This document shows positions 8,464 to 18,078 of a DNA stretch of 27,768 nucleotides, piece after piece (within the stretch, counting starts at the first letter, position 1; each line of letters opens with the position of its first letter). Below the pieces are notes generated by a model. The model was not told the DNA's origin. It worked only from the letters and a program-made list of their open reading frames with translations, and did no database searches. Source of the DNA: a virus (Duplodnaviria > Caudoviricetes); IMG/VR virus record IMGVR_UViG_3300033067_001968, positions 1-27,768 of that record; one strand, written 5' to 3'. The translations under genes and the position numbers were made by a program.

Positions 8464-9912
8464 ATGCTTCCGAACGTGCAGATCACCAAGACCGACGGAA
8501 ACACGGGAGTCGTGCGCCCCGGCGCCGACGGCATTTGCGCGATCATCGCTCCGGCGATCTCGGGCACGCAGAACCAGGCGGCCGCATTCGGCAAGTCGAA
8601 GGCGCTCGTCACCGAGTTCGGCGGCGGGCTCCTTCCGGAAAACGCCGCTTGGATGATGCAGTTTACGCAACGCCCGGTGGTCTGCGTGCGCTCGGCTGCG
8701 AGCGTGGCCGCGGTGCTCGGCACCGTCGTTCACTCCGGCGCGGGAACATCCGTCGTCACGGCGACGGGCACTCCCATCGACGACTATCAGATCATCTTCA
8801 AGGTGGTCGCGGGCGGCACGGTAGGCACTGCCGGAATTACCTACCAATACAGCCTCGACGGTGGCGTCAACTACACGGCGACGCTCGCGCTCGGCGTGGC
8901 GAACACCTTGCTCCTGAAGCTCCCGACCGGGCTCTCCACGGGCGTGACGCTCAACTTCGCGGCCGGCACCATGCTCGCCGGGCAGACGGAGAGCCTCCCG
9001 ACTACCGCGGCGCGGATGAACAACGCCGACTTGGTGGCGGCGCTCGAGGCGCTCCGCCTTTCGTCGCAGCGGTTCGAGCATGTCCACGTGGTCGGGCCGC
9101 TCGACGGCACCATGTTCGACACCCTCGCCGCGTGGCGCCTGGCTCGAGACGCGGAAGGGCGCTACTACACCACCAGCGGAAACACGCGCGCGCGAAACTC
9201 GGGTGAGACCGAGGCCGCGTTCAAGACGGCGATCGACACCATCTTCTCCGCGAAGGCCGACACGGGCGGGCTTGTCGGGGCCGATGTGTTCGACGGATCG
9301 AGCCCTATCACCGGTGTCGTCCACGTGCGCGACTTCATGCTGGCGACGGTCACCCGCGGCATGTCGATCGCCCGCGGCGTCGACTGCGCTCAGGTGTCGC
9401 TGGGTCCCCTCTCGGGCGTCAACATCAAGGACGACCGAGGAAATCCGAAGTGGCACGACGAGGCGATTTATCCCGGGCTGGACGACTCCCGCTTCACGGT
9501 CGCGCGCTCGTTCGATCAGCTCCCCGGCGCGTACGTGACGAACCCGCTGCTTTTCTCGTCTCCGGGGTCCGACTACGTGTACTGGCAGCACATGCGGACC
9601 ATGAACCGCGCGTGCGAGATCGCGAAGGAGCTCCTCACGCAGAAGCTCTCGAGCGGCATCCGGAAGGACGAGAACAACCACATCGTGGAGGTCGACGCTC
9701 AAGAGATCGACGACCTCGTTTCGTCCGTCATCCGCTCCGAGCTGGACGGGCAGATCACCGACGGCGGCTTCGTGCTTTCTCGCACCGACGACCTCGGGAG
9801 CAACGGCCCGGCGACGCTGAATGGCGACGTCTGGATCAAGAGCCTGGCCTACGCCAAGAAGTTCAGCATCGAGGCGAAGTTCGTCCGCACCATTCCCGCT
9901 TCGGCGGCCTGA
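8464..9912 (+). CDS. Contractile tail sheath protein (DUF2586-like)
   Basis: GAGGAG RBS, 482 aa; MLPNVQITKTDGNTG start, LDDSRFTVARSF..GAYVTN...GSDY...RTMNRAC C-terminal sheath signature. Confidence 0.85.
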   Translation: MLPNVQITKTDGNTGVVRPGADGICAIIAPAISGTQNQAAAFGKSKALVTEFGGGLLPENAAWMMQFTQRPVVCVRSAASVAAVLGTVVHSGAGTSVVTATGTPIDDYQIIFKVVAGGTVGTAGITYQYSLDGGVNYTATLALGVANTLLLKLPTGLSTGVTLNFAAGTMLAGQTESLPTTAARMNNADLVAALEALRLSSQRFEHVHVVGPLDGTMFDTLAAWRLARDAEGRYYTTSGNTRARNSGETEAAFKTAIDTIFSAKADTGGLVGADVFDGSSPITGVVHVRDFMLATVTRGMSIARGVDCAQVSLGPLSGVNIKDDRGNPKWHDEAIYPGLDDSRFTVARSFDQLPGAYVTNPLLFSSPGSDYVYWQHMRTMNRACEIAKELLTQKLSSGIRKDENNHIVEVDAQEIDDLVSSVIRSELDGQITDGGFVLSRTDDLGSNGPATLNGDVWIKSLAYAKKFSIEAKFVRTIPASAA

Positions 9913-9918
9913 GGCATC

Positions 9919-10392
9919 ATGACCGACAAGCTACTTTACAAGGTCAACGGCAACATCTTCTCGTGGGCCTCCACCGAGCTCGTGATCGGCGTGTCGCCCT
10001 TCGTGGGCCTCACGGAGTTCTCGTACGGGCAAAAGCGCACCCACGCCAAGGTCCCTGGCATGAACCGGTCGCGCGGCCCTCTCGGGGTGACGAGCGGCGT
10101 CTACGATGCCGACGCGATCGCCATGAAGATGCTGGCCAACAGCTACGTCGCGCTCATCGCGATGCTGTCGTTGAAGGGCCTCGGCTCCGCTGGATCGGCG
10201 GTGGTGCCGATCACGTGGAAGTGCTTCGAGCCGAAACGTCCCCCACTCGTCATGGTCGCGACGAACTGCCGACTCGAGGAGTCCAAAACCACGACGTCGG
10301 AGGGGCCCGAAGGGCTCATGTACGACCTCTCTTGGATCACCGAAACCATCACCGAGAACGGAGCCGTTCTCTACGCACGAGGTCCGCTGTGA
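9919..10392 (+). CDS. Tail tube protein
   Basis: 157 aa beta-rich protein after sheath; VNGNIFSWAS...PLGVTSGVY motif. Confidence 0.8.
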   Translation: MTDKLLYKVNGNIFSWASTELVIGVSPFVGLTEFSYGQKRTHAKVPGMNRSRGPLGVTSGVYDADAIAMKMLANSYVALIAMLSLKGLGSAGSAVVPITWKCFEPKRPPLVMVATNCRLEESKTTTSEGPEGLMYDLSWITETITENGAVLYARGPL

Positions 10393-10802
10393 GCAAAATC
10401 GAAGAGCTGAAAGCGAAACTGGCGGCCGCGAACGCCGAGGTCGCCAAGTCGGAGGATGCCCACGAGGAGCGAGCGCTCGAGCTCGAACTGGAGCTTACCG
10501 CGCGGCTCGGCCGTCGAGGTCGGCGCTGGGACGTCATCCGAACAACCGAGGGGCCGTGCGCCGTCGTGCGTGGGGACGGCCTGCACTTCAAGAAGCTCAC
10601 GGCCGCGATCACCGCCGAGGATGCGACCGAGCCCGAGCGCATGATCGCGGCGCGCGCGTTCGTTCTCGACCAGCTCCACGAGCCCACTCGGGAGAAGGCG
10701 GAGGAGCTCTTCAACGCGGCTCCCGGCCTCGTCATCCGTCTTCAAGACGCCCTGATCGCCCTGCATCGCTGCGAGGACGCAACGAAGCTGGGAAAACGCT
10801 AG
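10389..10802 (+). CDS. Tail assembly chaperone (lambda G analogue)
   Basis: GTGA coupling, 137 aa, between tube and tape measure; ends in a slippery heptamer. Confidence 0.75.
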   Translation: MSKIEELKAKLAAANAEVAKSEDAHEERALELELELTARLGRRGRRWDVIRTTEGPCAVVRGDGLHFKKLTAAITAEDATEPERMIAARAFVLDQLHEPTREKAEELFNAAPGLVIRLQDALIALHRCEDATKLGKR

Positions 10803-11008
10803 CGCTCCTTCGCAAGGCGACGTCGTCTCCTCTGCTCGCCGGTGAGTGCTTCGTCGCGCTCTTCGGCGGGCCGACGGAGGGCGAGGAGGGGGAGCGGGCC
10901 GTGGTCGCCGGCGCTCTCCTGTTCCGAGGCCTCGAGGCCATGCGGAACGCACCCGCGCGAGATGGCGCGACGGTCGCGACGATCACCTACGACGGCGAGG
11001 AGTACTAG
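10790..11008 (+). CDS. -1 frameshift extension of tail chaperone (GT analogue); slippery site GGGAAAA 10790-10796
   Basis: CTG GGA AAA CGC TAG; the -1 frame stays open to TAG 11008, 3 nt before the tape measure start. Confidence 0.8.
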   Translation, partial: GKTLALLRKATSSPLLAGECFVALFGGPTEGEEGERAVVAGALLFRGLEAMRNAPARDGATVATITYDGEEY

Positions 11009-11011
11009 GCC

Positions 11012-12952
11012 GTGGCGCTCGAGGCAGTTTTTGACATCAGCCTTCAGGGTAACGCGGCGCAGGCCTCGAAAGAGTCCGCTGCGTCGATCGCGGAGATGCG
11101 CGAGCGTCTTATCGCGGGCGAGAAGGCGATCAAGACGTACTCCGAGACGCTTCGGCGCCTTCGCGGGTCGAGCGAGGAGGTAAAGACGGAGAAGGCCGCG
11201 CTTCAGGCCAAAATCAACGGGCTGCGGGATGACATGTCCGCGCTCTCCGTAAGCGCCCTGAAGTCGGGCGTGGCCCTTGAGGACCTCTCGACGCGGACGA
11301 AGGCGGCGAGCTCGGACACCGGCGGCATGGGCTCCGCGCTCGAACAGGTGGGCGGGCCGGCGACGGCGCTCCAGTCGAAGCTCGCCGGGCTGGCGAAGAT
11401 CGTCGGGAGCGGTTCCGTCTCGTCCGGCATCTTCCGGCTGGCTCTCGTCGGGGTCGCGGCGGCCGTCATCGCGGTGACCGTTGCGGCCGCGGGGCTCACC
11501 GCGAAGATGGCGTCGTTCGTCGTCGAGGGGGCCAACGCGGCGCGGACCACGGCGCTCTTCCGGGAGGCAGCGGCGGGCGGGGCGGCCAACGGGGCCGCGC
11601 TCGGCACGCAGATCGAGGCGCTGGCCGGAAAGGTCTCCACGTCTCGAGAGGAGCTCGCGGGGCTCGCGAACGAGCTGGCCCGCGCCGGCATGCGGGGAGA
11701 AACGATCGTCGACACCTTCAACGCGGTTGCGCAGGCGTCCGACGCGATGGGCTCGGAGGCGGCAAGCAAAATTCGAGGCTTGGTCGAGGCGGGGCGGCTT
11801 TCCCAGCGGCTCTTCGTGAACCGTGAGTCGCTCGTCGGTACCGGCGTCGCGTTCGACGAGGTGGCGGAGCGACTCGCCGGGGCGATGAAGATCGGCGTGA
11901 AGGACGCGCGCGCGGCCCTCGCCGAGGGCCGGGTGCCGCTCGGGCTTGGCGCCAAGGTGCTGCGCGAGACCATCGAGAAGAAGTTCGGCGAGCTGAACGC
12001 GCGCAAGATGCTCGACCTCGGCGTGCAGTCGCAGAAGTTCCGGGAGTCCCTCCTCGGGCTCACGAAGGACGTCAAGCTCGAGCCGATGCTGAAGTCCGTC
12101 GAGAGCTTCCGTCTGCTCTTCGACGAGTCCACGGTCAGCGGTGCCGCGCTCAAGAAGCTCGTGACGATTTTCGGCGACGGCGTGGTCAGCGTCTTCGGAA
12201 AGGCGACCCCGATCGCGGAGCAGTTTTTCAAGGGTCTGATCATCGGCGGCCTCTCGCTCACCGTGGCAGTCCTCAAGATGCGACGGAGCTTCAACGACAC
12301 GTTTGGTGACACGAAGCTCTTGGGCAACGTCGACCTTCTCGGGGTCTCGCTGCGCGCCGGGCAGTACGCGGCGCTCTCGATCGCGAGCGTGCTCGGGCTC
12401 GTCGCCGTGGCCGTCGGCGCCGTCGGCTACAGCGCTGCGGCCAGCATCGGGACGATGCAAAAGCTTTGGGGTCTCCTCACCGGCTTTCACGCTCGACTTT
12501 CCGCAATGAGCTGGTCCGACATCGGGACCAACATCGTCGACGGCATCGTGTCGGGCGTGACGGGAGGCGCGCGCAAGCTCAAAGACGCGGTGGTGGGCCT
12601 CGCCGACACGGCGCGCAAGGCCTTCACGAGTCGGACCGAAATCCGCTCGCCTTCGCGCGTCTTCGCGCGCGACGGCTACCAGCTCCCGGCCGGAACGGCG
12701 AAGGGCGTCGAGCAAGGCGCGGGACTGGTCCGCCGGGCGGTCGACCGGATGGCGCCCGATCCCCCGGTCGGTGCCGCTCCGCGAGGCGCGCGCGCGGCAT
12801 CTGGCGGCGCGGTCGAGCGCGTCCTCCGCATCGTGCTCGAGGTCAAGGGCGACGGTCCGCGAGACGCGTTCCGTGCTCCGAACGTCCGCGCGGAGCTTCT
12901 CGAGGTCCTCCGCGAGCTCGCGGCGTCGGAGGGGATCATGGTGGTGACATGA
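11012..12952 (+). CDS. Tail tape measure protein
   Basis: 646 aa, Ala/Gly/Leu-rich helical protein with hydrophobic segments and the EIRSPSRVF motif common near TMP C-termini. Confidence 0.88.
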   Translation: MALEAVFDISLQGNAAQASKESAASIAEMRERLIAGEKAIKTYSETLRRLRGSSEEVKTEKAALQAKINGLRDDMSALSVSALKSGVALEDLSTRTKAASSDTGGMGSALEQVGGPATALQSKLAGLAKIVGSGSVSSGIFRLALVGVAAAVIAVTVAAAGLTAKMASFVVEGANAARTTALFREAAAGGAANGAALGTQIEALAGKVSTSREELAGLANELARAGMRGETIVDTFNAVAQASDAMGSEAASKIRGLVEAGRLSQRLFVNRESLVGTGVAFDEVAERLAGAMKIGVKDARAALAEGRVPLGLGAKVLRETIEKKFGELNARKMLDLGVQSQKFRESLLGLTKDVKLEPMLKSVESFRLLFDESTVSGAALKKLVTIFGDGVVSVFGKATPIAEQFFKGLIIGGLSLTVAVLKMRRSFNDTFGDTKLLGNVDLLGVSLRAGQYAALSIASVLGLVAVAVGAVGYSAAASIGTMQKLWGLLTGFHARLSAMSWSDIGTNIVDGIVSGVTGGARKLKDAVVGLADTARKAFTSRTEIRSPSRVFARDGYQLPAGTAKGVEQGAGLVRRAVDRMAPDPPVGAAPRGARAASGGAVERVLRIVLEVKGDGPRDAFRAPNVRAELLEVLRELAASEGIMVVT

Positions 12953-13479
12953 CCGCTCCGTTTTCCGATCGCGTCCGTATGAATTCCGAGTGGATTCCGT
13001 GCCCCGCTCGCCCGCGCAAGCTTGGCGATCCTCGGAGCTGGGAGGTCCTCACCGGCTACGGCTTCGATTCGGCTTATACGACCTACAAGGGGGGCCCCCC
13101 GCCGAAGTTCGAGATCGAGGTGGTGGCGTGGCTCGACTCCCACTTTGTGGAGTGGGAGAAGTTCGCCAAGAAGGTGCTCCCGAAGCCGACGGGGCGCACC
13201 ACTTCGGACTACCGCGCCATTTCCATCTATCACCCGATTCTGCGGGTGGCTCCGCACAACGTCACCCACGTCGTTGTCGAGGACGTCTCGCAGTGGGACG
13301 TGAGCCCCGAAGGGCTTTGGACGTGCACCATCTTCGTGATGGTGTTTCGCGCGCCTCGCCCGGTCCTCAAGCAGCCGACGGCCGGGATTCCTAGCGCGAC
13401 CCTCCCGACGCCGACCGCGAAGGACGCGGCCGACGTGAAGATCAACGAGCTCGTGGACCAGGTGAACAAGCTGCTATGA
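12949..13479 (+). CDS. Probable tail tube initiator/baseplate organiser
   Basis: ATGA coupling, 176 aa, directly after tape measure; positional inference. Confidence 0.55.
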   Translation: MTAPFSDRVRMNSEWIPCPARPRKLGDPRSWEVLTGYGFDSAYTTYKGGPPPKFEIEVVAWLDSHFVEWEKFAKKVLPKPTGRTTSDYRAISIYHPILRVAPHNVTHVVVEDVSQWDVSPEGLWTCTIFVMVFRAPRPVLKQPTAGIPSATLPTPTAKDAADVKINELVDQVNKLL

Positions 13480-14600
13480 CGCTTTCGCTCAACGGCCGAT
13501 CGGTGTTTCAGGTGCGCCTGCGCATGCCCCAGGTGGGCGCGTGGTTCGCTGACGTGTCGCTCGACACCAGCGCGACCATGGACGTTCCCACCGGACGCGT
13601 CACGCTCGACCTTCGAGGCGAGCGCCTGTCTGGCACGGTGCAGCCCGAGGCCTCGGGACGGTTCGGCGCGCGCGTCGTCGCTCGTGTCGTGGGCGGCGGC
13701 GACGGATGGGGGCGCGAGGTCGACGGGCAGCATTTCCAGTCTGACGCGGGCGTGCTGCTGTCCACCGTCGTACGCACGACGGCGGCCGCGGCCGGGGAAT
13801 CGGTGGGCGAGGTCGACGAGGCGGGCCTCGGGCCTGATTTCGTTCGGGTCGCTGGGCCAGCTGGTCGAGTGCTCGCGGGGCGTGCGTGGTACGTCGACGA
13901 CCTCGGCGTCACGCATGTGAAGGCGCGCACCGCGACGGCCGCTCCCGAGGGCGCCCTCGTTGCCGAGTACGACCCGAGGACCAAGATCGCGTCGGTCCTC
14001 TCGTCCGAGCTCGTGCGTCCAGGCTGGATGTTCACCGACACGCGCTTTGCGACCCCCCTCGTGGTCCGCGACGTGGAGACGGTGCTCGACGCGAGCGGGC
14101 AGCGGTGCACCGCGTGGTGCTCTCCGGTGCCCGGATCGCCTCTTTCCTCCGCGCTGCGCGCGACCATCCTCGAGCTTTCTGGCGCGGTCTACCTCCGCAC
14201 CTACCGTTACCGCGTCTATACGCGCGCGGGCGACCGGCTGAACCTGCAGATCGTCACGCCTTCGAGTGGCGTTCCCGACGTTCTCCCGGCCGACATCCTC
14301 CCCGGCCTCCCGGGCATGCGCGCCGAGGTCCAGCTCGGAACCGAAGTCCTCGTGGTCTTTGCCGAGGGCGATCCTCGTTTCCCGCGCGTCATCGCCTGGG
14401 AAGGGCCGCGAGGGGAGAGGTGGGAGCCTGAGCGCATCGAGTTTCACGCGACGAAGAAGGTCGCGGTGGGTGGCGGCGGCGCGCCGGTGGTGCTCGGCGG
14501 CGCCGCGTGGTTCCAGGCCGTGACGGCGGCGCTCGGCGCTCTCGGCCAGCCCGTTACGGCTCCGCCTCCGGCGATGAGCGAAAAACTGGAGGCCGAGTGA
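13476..14600 (+). CDS. Baseplate hub fused to spike OB-fold (VgrG-like architecture)
   Basis: N-terminal hub-like region (WYVDDLGV); C-terminal GTEVLVVFAEGDPRFPRVI matches the gp5/gpV/VgrG OB-fold signature. Confidence 0.7.
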   Translation: MTLSLNGRSVFQVRLRMPQVGAWFADVSLDTSATMDVPTGRVTLDLRGERLSGTVQPEASGRFGARVVARVVGGGDGWGREVDGQHFQSDAGVLLSTVVRTTAAAAGESVGEVDEAGLGPDFVRVAGPAGRVLAGRAWYVDDLGVTHVKARTATAAPEGALVAEYDPRTKIASVLSSELVRPGWMFTDTRFATPLVVRDVETVLDASGQRCTAWCSPVPGSPLSSALRATILELSGAVYLRTYRYRVYTRAGDRLNLQIVTPSSGVPDVLPADILPGLPGMRAEVQLGTEVLVVFAEGDPRFPRVIAWEGPRGERWEPERIEFHATKKVAVGGGGAPVVLGGAAWFQAVTAALGALGQPVTAPPPAMSEKLEAE

Positions 14601-14956
14601 TGGAGCTGCGAGGCCCCTTCGATCTGGACCCCTTCGCCGCGGAGTGCGCGAGCGCGATGGAGGAGCTCGAGCAAGACGTCTTGCGGCGGCTCACCACCCG
14701 CCGAGGCACCAACCTCGACGACCTCGACTTTGGCGAGGCTGCCCACGACTGGCTTTCGGCTCCGGTGCTTGACGTCGAGCAAGCTCGGCGAGAGTTCGAG
14801 GCCGAGGTGGCGAAAGATCCGCGGGTGGCGAGCGTCGCGGCCCGCATCGAGCAGGAGGGCCCCACCACCTTCACGATCCGTCTGGAGATCGTGACGAACG
14901 ATGGCGCTCTTTTGTCGACGGCCTTGCCCGTCGAGACCGGAACGGAGGCGGCCTGA
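14600..14956 (+). CDS. Baseplate wedge/sheath initiator (gp25/GpW-like)
   Basis: TGATG coupling; RRLTTRRG...DFG...KDPRVASV motif. Confidence 0.75.
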   Translation: MELRGPFDLDPFAAECASAMEELEQDVLRRLTTRRGTNLDDLDFGEAAHDWLSAPVLDVEQARREFEAEVAKDPRVASVAARIEQEGPTTFTIRLEIVTNDGALLSTALPVETGTEAA

Positions 14957-16108
14957 ATGCTGACGATCGAAGAGCTCTCGCGAGCGCTCACCGAAGACGA
15001 GATCCTCGAGTCGTGGCTGACGATCCTCGAGACGATGCAGATCCCCGCGCGCTCCTGGGTGAAGGCGGGGAAGACCCGCACGCTCATGCGCATCCTTGCC
15101 CGGACGATGGCCGCGTTTTCCGCCGTCATGGCCGCGTTTATCCGGTCCGGATTCCTCGACACCGCCGAGGGCGACTGGCTCACCCTCGCCGCGAAGAACG
15201 TCTACAAGGTGGACCGTATCCCGGCGACCTTTGCGCGCGAAAAGGTGCAGCTCAAGAACACGGGCGGCGGGACCTTCACCAAGGCGATCGGCGAGGTCAC
15301 CGTCCTCTGGGAGGACGGCCGGAAGTCGTACCGCAACGTGGAGTCGTTCGTTCTCGGGCCCCTCGAGACCCTGGAGGTCACGTTCGAGGCTTTCGAGGCG
15401 GGCTCGGCCTCGAGCGTTGCCGCGGGTGGCATTCGGAAGCTCGAAACCGTCATGACCGGCGTGGAGGTGACGAACCTCGTCGCCCTCGTTGGGAGCGACG
15501 AGGAGAAGGATCCGCCGCTCCGCCAGCGATGCCGAGACAAGCTCGACACTCTCTCGCCGTTCGGCCCGAGCGGCGCCTACTCCTACGCGGTGCGCTCGGC
15601 GAAACGCCTGGACGGCTCGCCCGTCGACGTCAACCGCGTTGCGCAGTCGCCATCGAGCGACACCGGCCTCAAGACGATTTACGTCGCGTCGCCGAGTGGC
15701 CCGCCCGTGCCGACCGACCTTCCCTTTATCGCCACGTCGATCGATGAGCTCGCCCGTCCGCCGGACGTGCGGGTGACGGTTCTCGGGGCAACTCCGGTGC
15801 TCGTGAGCCGGAAGTTCACCGCGTGGGCGCGCGCTACCTCTGGCGTCGCCGAGTCGGCGGTTCGTGTCCCTGCCGAGACTGCCCTCGTTGCCCTGGTGGC
15901 CGACTATCCGATCGGCGGCATCCGGAAGACCCCGGCCTCGTCGGCGTACCTCTTCACCGACCGCATGAAGGCCGCGATCGCGTCGGCTCATCCGAGCATC
16001 TTCGACGTCGACGCGGACGACGACGCGGACATCCCGCTTGCGCCAGGCGAGATCGCGGTGCTCGCCGCGACGATCGAGGTCCGCTTCGTCGAAGGGTCGC
16101 CGACGTGA
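14957..16108 (+). CDS. Baseplate J-like protein (Mu gp47/P2 gpJ)
   Basis: FLDTAEGDWLTL, RIPATFA, GSDEEKDPPLRQR, GPSGAY motifs; 383 aa. Confidence 0.9.
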   Translation: MLTIEELSRALTEDEILESWLTILETMQIPARSWVKAGKTRTLMRILARTMAAFSAVMAAFIRSGFLDTAEGDWLTLAAKNVYKVDRIPATFAREKVQLKNTGGGTFTKAIGEVTVLWEDGRKSYRNVESFVLGPLETLEVTFEAFEAGSASSVAAGGIRKLETVMTGVEVTNLVALVGSDEEKDPPLRQRCRDKLDTLSPFGPSGAYSYAVRSAKRLDGSPVDVNRVAQSPSSDTGLKTIYVASPSGPPVPTDLPFIATSIDELARPPDVRVTVLGATPVLVSRKFTAWARATSGVAESAVRVPAETALVALVADYPIGGIRKTPASSAYLFTDRMKAAIASAHPSIFDVDADDDADIPLAPGEIAVLAATIEVRFVEGSPT

Positions 16109-16911
16109 CCGCGCGCCAGAGGTTCCGCGACGCGTTCACCGCGTGGATTCCGAGCGAGTTCGCCTCGCGGCCGGGGCTTGACGTCGGCTATCGCGTGCTC
16201 TGGTCGGTGGCGGCCATGTGCGACGCGGCGGCCGAGGTCCTCACGCAGGGCATCCAGGCGACGTGGCCGGGGGTGGGCACGCCGACGGCGCTCCCGTTGA
16301 TCTCGGCATCGCGCGGCATCACCCGAGGCCTGGCCGACACCACCGACACGTTCGCGGCGAAGCTGGTCGACTGGGTGGAGCGCCGACGCGTCAAGGGGTC
16401 GGCGCGGGAGCTCGCGCGGCAAATTCAGGAGTACTTGCCGGGCTCGCCGAAGGTCCGCGTCATCTGCCGAAACGGGGTGTGGACCACGCGGAATTCTGAC
16501 GGGTCGGTCGTGGTCGAGACCGCGACGTGGGACTGGGATTCCGTTTCGCATCCCGAGAGGGCCCTTTGGTGGAGCAACCTCTTCGTGGTCATCTACACCG
16601 ACATTTACCCGGTCCAGGGCAACTATGCGGCTTTGGGGCGCGTGTACGGCATGAACGAAGGGCTCGGTCACAAGATCCCTCGCTCGCAGCTCTACGAACT
16701 GCGCGCGCTCATGCAGGAGTGGAAGGCGGGGCACTCGAGGATTCGGGCCGTCATCTGGACGGACGACCCAAGTCAGTTTGACCCGGCCGACCCCTTCTCG
16801 TGCCCCAATGGCACTTGGGGTTCGTGGTCGGAGCCGTCGATTTCTGGGGACCCGTCGAGCGCGCGCGTGCGAAGCGGCCGGTTCACCAACTGCCGATATT
16901 GGGAGTTCTGA
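16105..16911 (+). CDS. Baseplate wedge protein (P2 gpI/Mu gp48-like)
   Basis: GTGA coupling after J; Trp-rich, RGITRG...KGS and EWKAGH motifs. Confidence 0.65.
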   Translation: MTARQRFRDAFTAWIPSEFASRPGLDVGYRVLWSVAAMCDAAAEVLTQGIQATWPGVGTPTALPLISASRGITRGLADTTDTFAAKLVDWVERRRVKGSARELARQIQEYLPGSPKVRVICRNGVWTTRNSDGSVVVETATWDWDSVSHPERALWWSNLFVVIYTDIYPVQGNYAALGRVYGMNEGLGHKIPRSQLYELRALMQEWKAGHSRIRAVIWTDDPSQFDPADPFSCPNGTWGSWSEPSISGDPSSARVRSGRFTNCRYWEF

Positions 16912-17987
16912 TGAGCGCACCTTACGCTGGTGGTCCCGCATTCCCCGCTTCGATTCTGCTTCCCGACGACGGCGAGCCCATCGAGGCCGGATCTGTGAAT
17001 GTGCCGTTCGAGGGAGTCGCCGATCGAACCGTCTGGCTCTACCAGAGGTGCTTTGCCGTCGCGGAGTTCCTCGTCCCGGCGGCGGCATGGGTCGCGCCCG
17101 CTGGCGTGGCCTACGCGATCGCCGTCGGGTACGGCGGGGGAGGCGGGGGCGGTGGCGCGACTGATGGCCTTGCCCTGGATGACGCCTTCGCGATGGGTGC
17201 CGCGGGCGGCGGAGGCGCTCCCGAACAAATGGCGATCATTCCCCTCGTCGCGGGAGCGACCTACTCCATCGACGTCGGAGCCGGAGGCGTTGGGGGCGTG
17301 AACGGAGCGCCCTACGGTACCGCGGGCGCTCCCGGGCAGGCGTCGACCGTTACTCGCGTTTCGACGGGCGAGGTCCTGTGTGAGTTCGGCGGGGCCGGCG
17401 GCGGCGGCGGCGGCGCGTCCAACGCGGCTCCCGTCGGGTCTACGTTCATGGCCCTTGGCGGTACCCCGTGGGCATATTTCTCCGATGACGAGTGGGTCGG
17501 TCCGTCGTTCGGCACGTCGATCACAACTCTTTCCTGGACTACCGCGGCGCCCGTCGTCCGCTATCCTCTGCCTCCCGGTTCCGGAGGTCCCGCGTACCAC
17601 GTGCGCCCGCCGGGGAGCCGCGCGGGCCGGAACGGCCTTCCGCAGCGCACGCGGGTGCGCTACGCGGCGGGCATGGGGATCGCCGGGTTCGGTGGAGCTC
17701 CCGGGGCCGACTCAGGCCTTCGCCGCGGTGGCGCTGGCGGTGGTGGCGGTGGTGGCGGGCCGACCGGGAGCGCGGGGGACGGCGGCAACGGCGGCGACGG
17801 AAACAACGCGGGCGTGGCCGTGGCTGGCGCGAACGGCGGGAGCGCGGCGGCCAACTCCGGCGGTGGCGGAGGTGGTGGAGGTGGTGGCGGCGCGGGCAAC
17901 GGGCCGGCGAACAACGGGGTCGGCGGCACCGGCGGGACCGGGGGGAGCGGGCGTGTCCGGCTCTACGCGTTCGGCATCCGGCCGTAA
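16911..17987 (+). CDS. Glycine-rich tail fibre protein
   Basis: TGATG coupling; VADRTVWL attachment motif, GYGGGGGGGG, YSIDVGAGG, terminal GGTGGSGRVRL; several poly-Gly runs. Confidence 0.75.
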   Translation: MSAPYAGGPAFPASILLPDDGEPIEAGSVNVPFEGVADRTVWLYQRCFAVAEFLVPAAAWVAPAGVAYAIAVGYGGGGGGGGATDGLALDDAFAMGAAGGGGAPEQMAIIPLVAGATYSIDVGAGGVGGVNGAPYGTAGAPGQASTVTRVSTGEVLCEFGGAGGGGGGASNAAPVGSTFMALGGTPWAYFSDDEWVGPSFGTSITTLSWTTAAPVVRYPLPPGSGGPAYHVRPPGSRAGRNGLPQRTRVRYAAGMGIAGFGGAPGADSGLRRGGAGGGGGGGGPTGSAGDGGNGGDGNNAGVAVAGANGGSAAANSGGGGGGGGGGGAGNGPANNGVGGTGGTGGSGRVRLYAFGIRP

Positions 17988-17990
17988 GCT

Positions 17991-18020
17991 GCCGCGAGTG
18001 GCCGCGAGTGGCCGAGAATC
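17991..18020 (+). repeat. 10-bp tandem repeat (GCCGCGAGTG x2 plus degenerate GCCGAGAATC)
   Basis: Read directly, just after the fibre stop codon. Confidence 0.8.
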
Positions 18021-18022
18021 GA

Positions 18023-18065
18023 CATCGCTCGTCAGGCTCGAGACGTCTCGGGCCTGGCGGTGATG
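18023..18065 (+). promoter_or_regulatory. Long intergenic inverted repeat (~20-bp stem)
   Basis: CATCGCTCGTCAGGCTCGAGAC/GTCTCGGGCCTGGCGGTGATG; one bulge, and the other imperfections are G-U pairs on the + strand. Confidence 0.7.
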
Positions 18066-18078
18066 GCATATCTCAGGG

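Noticed and set aside
17130-17950. G-rich runs as G-quadruplexes or a PE-PGRS gene
   Set aside because: Explained by poly-Gly codons of the tail fibre; no PE domain.
8464-17987. Tailocin, eCIS or T6SS interpretation of the sheath, tube and VgrG-like genes
   Set aside because: Complete head and packaging genes are in the same operon; no AAA+ ATPase or membrane complex genes.
17991-18065. Mini-CRISPR or tRNA in the intergenic gap
   Set aside because: 10-bp units without spacers; a single hairpin, no cloverleaf.
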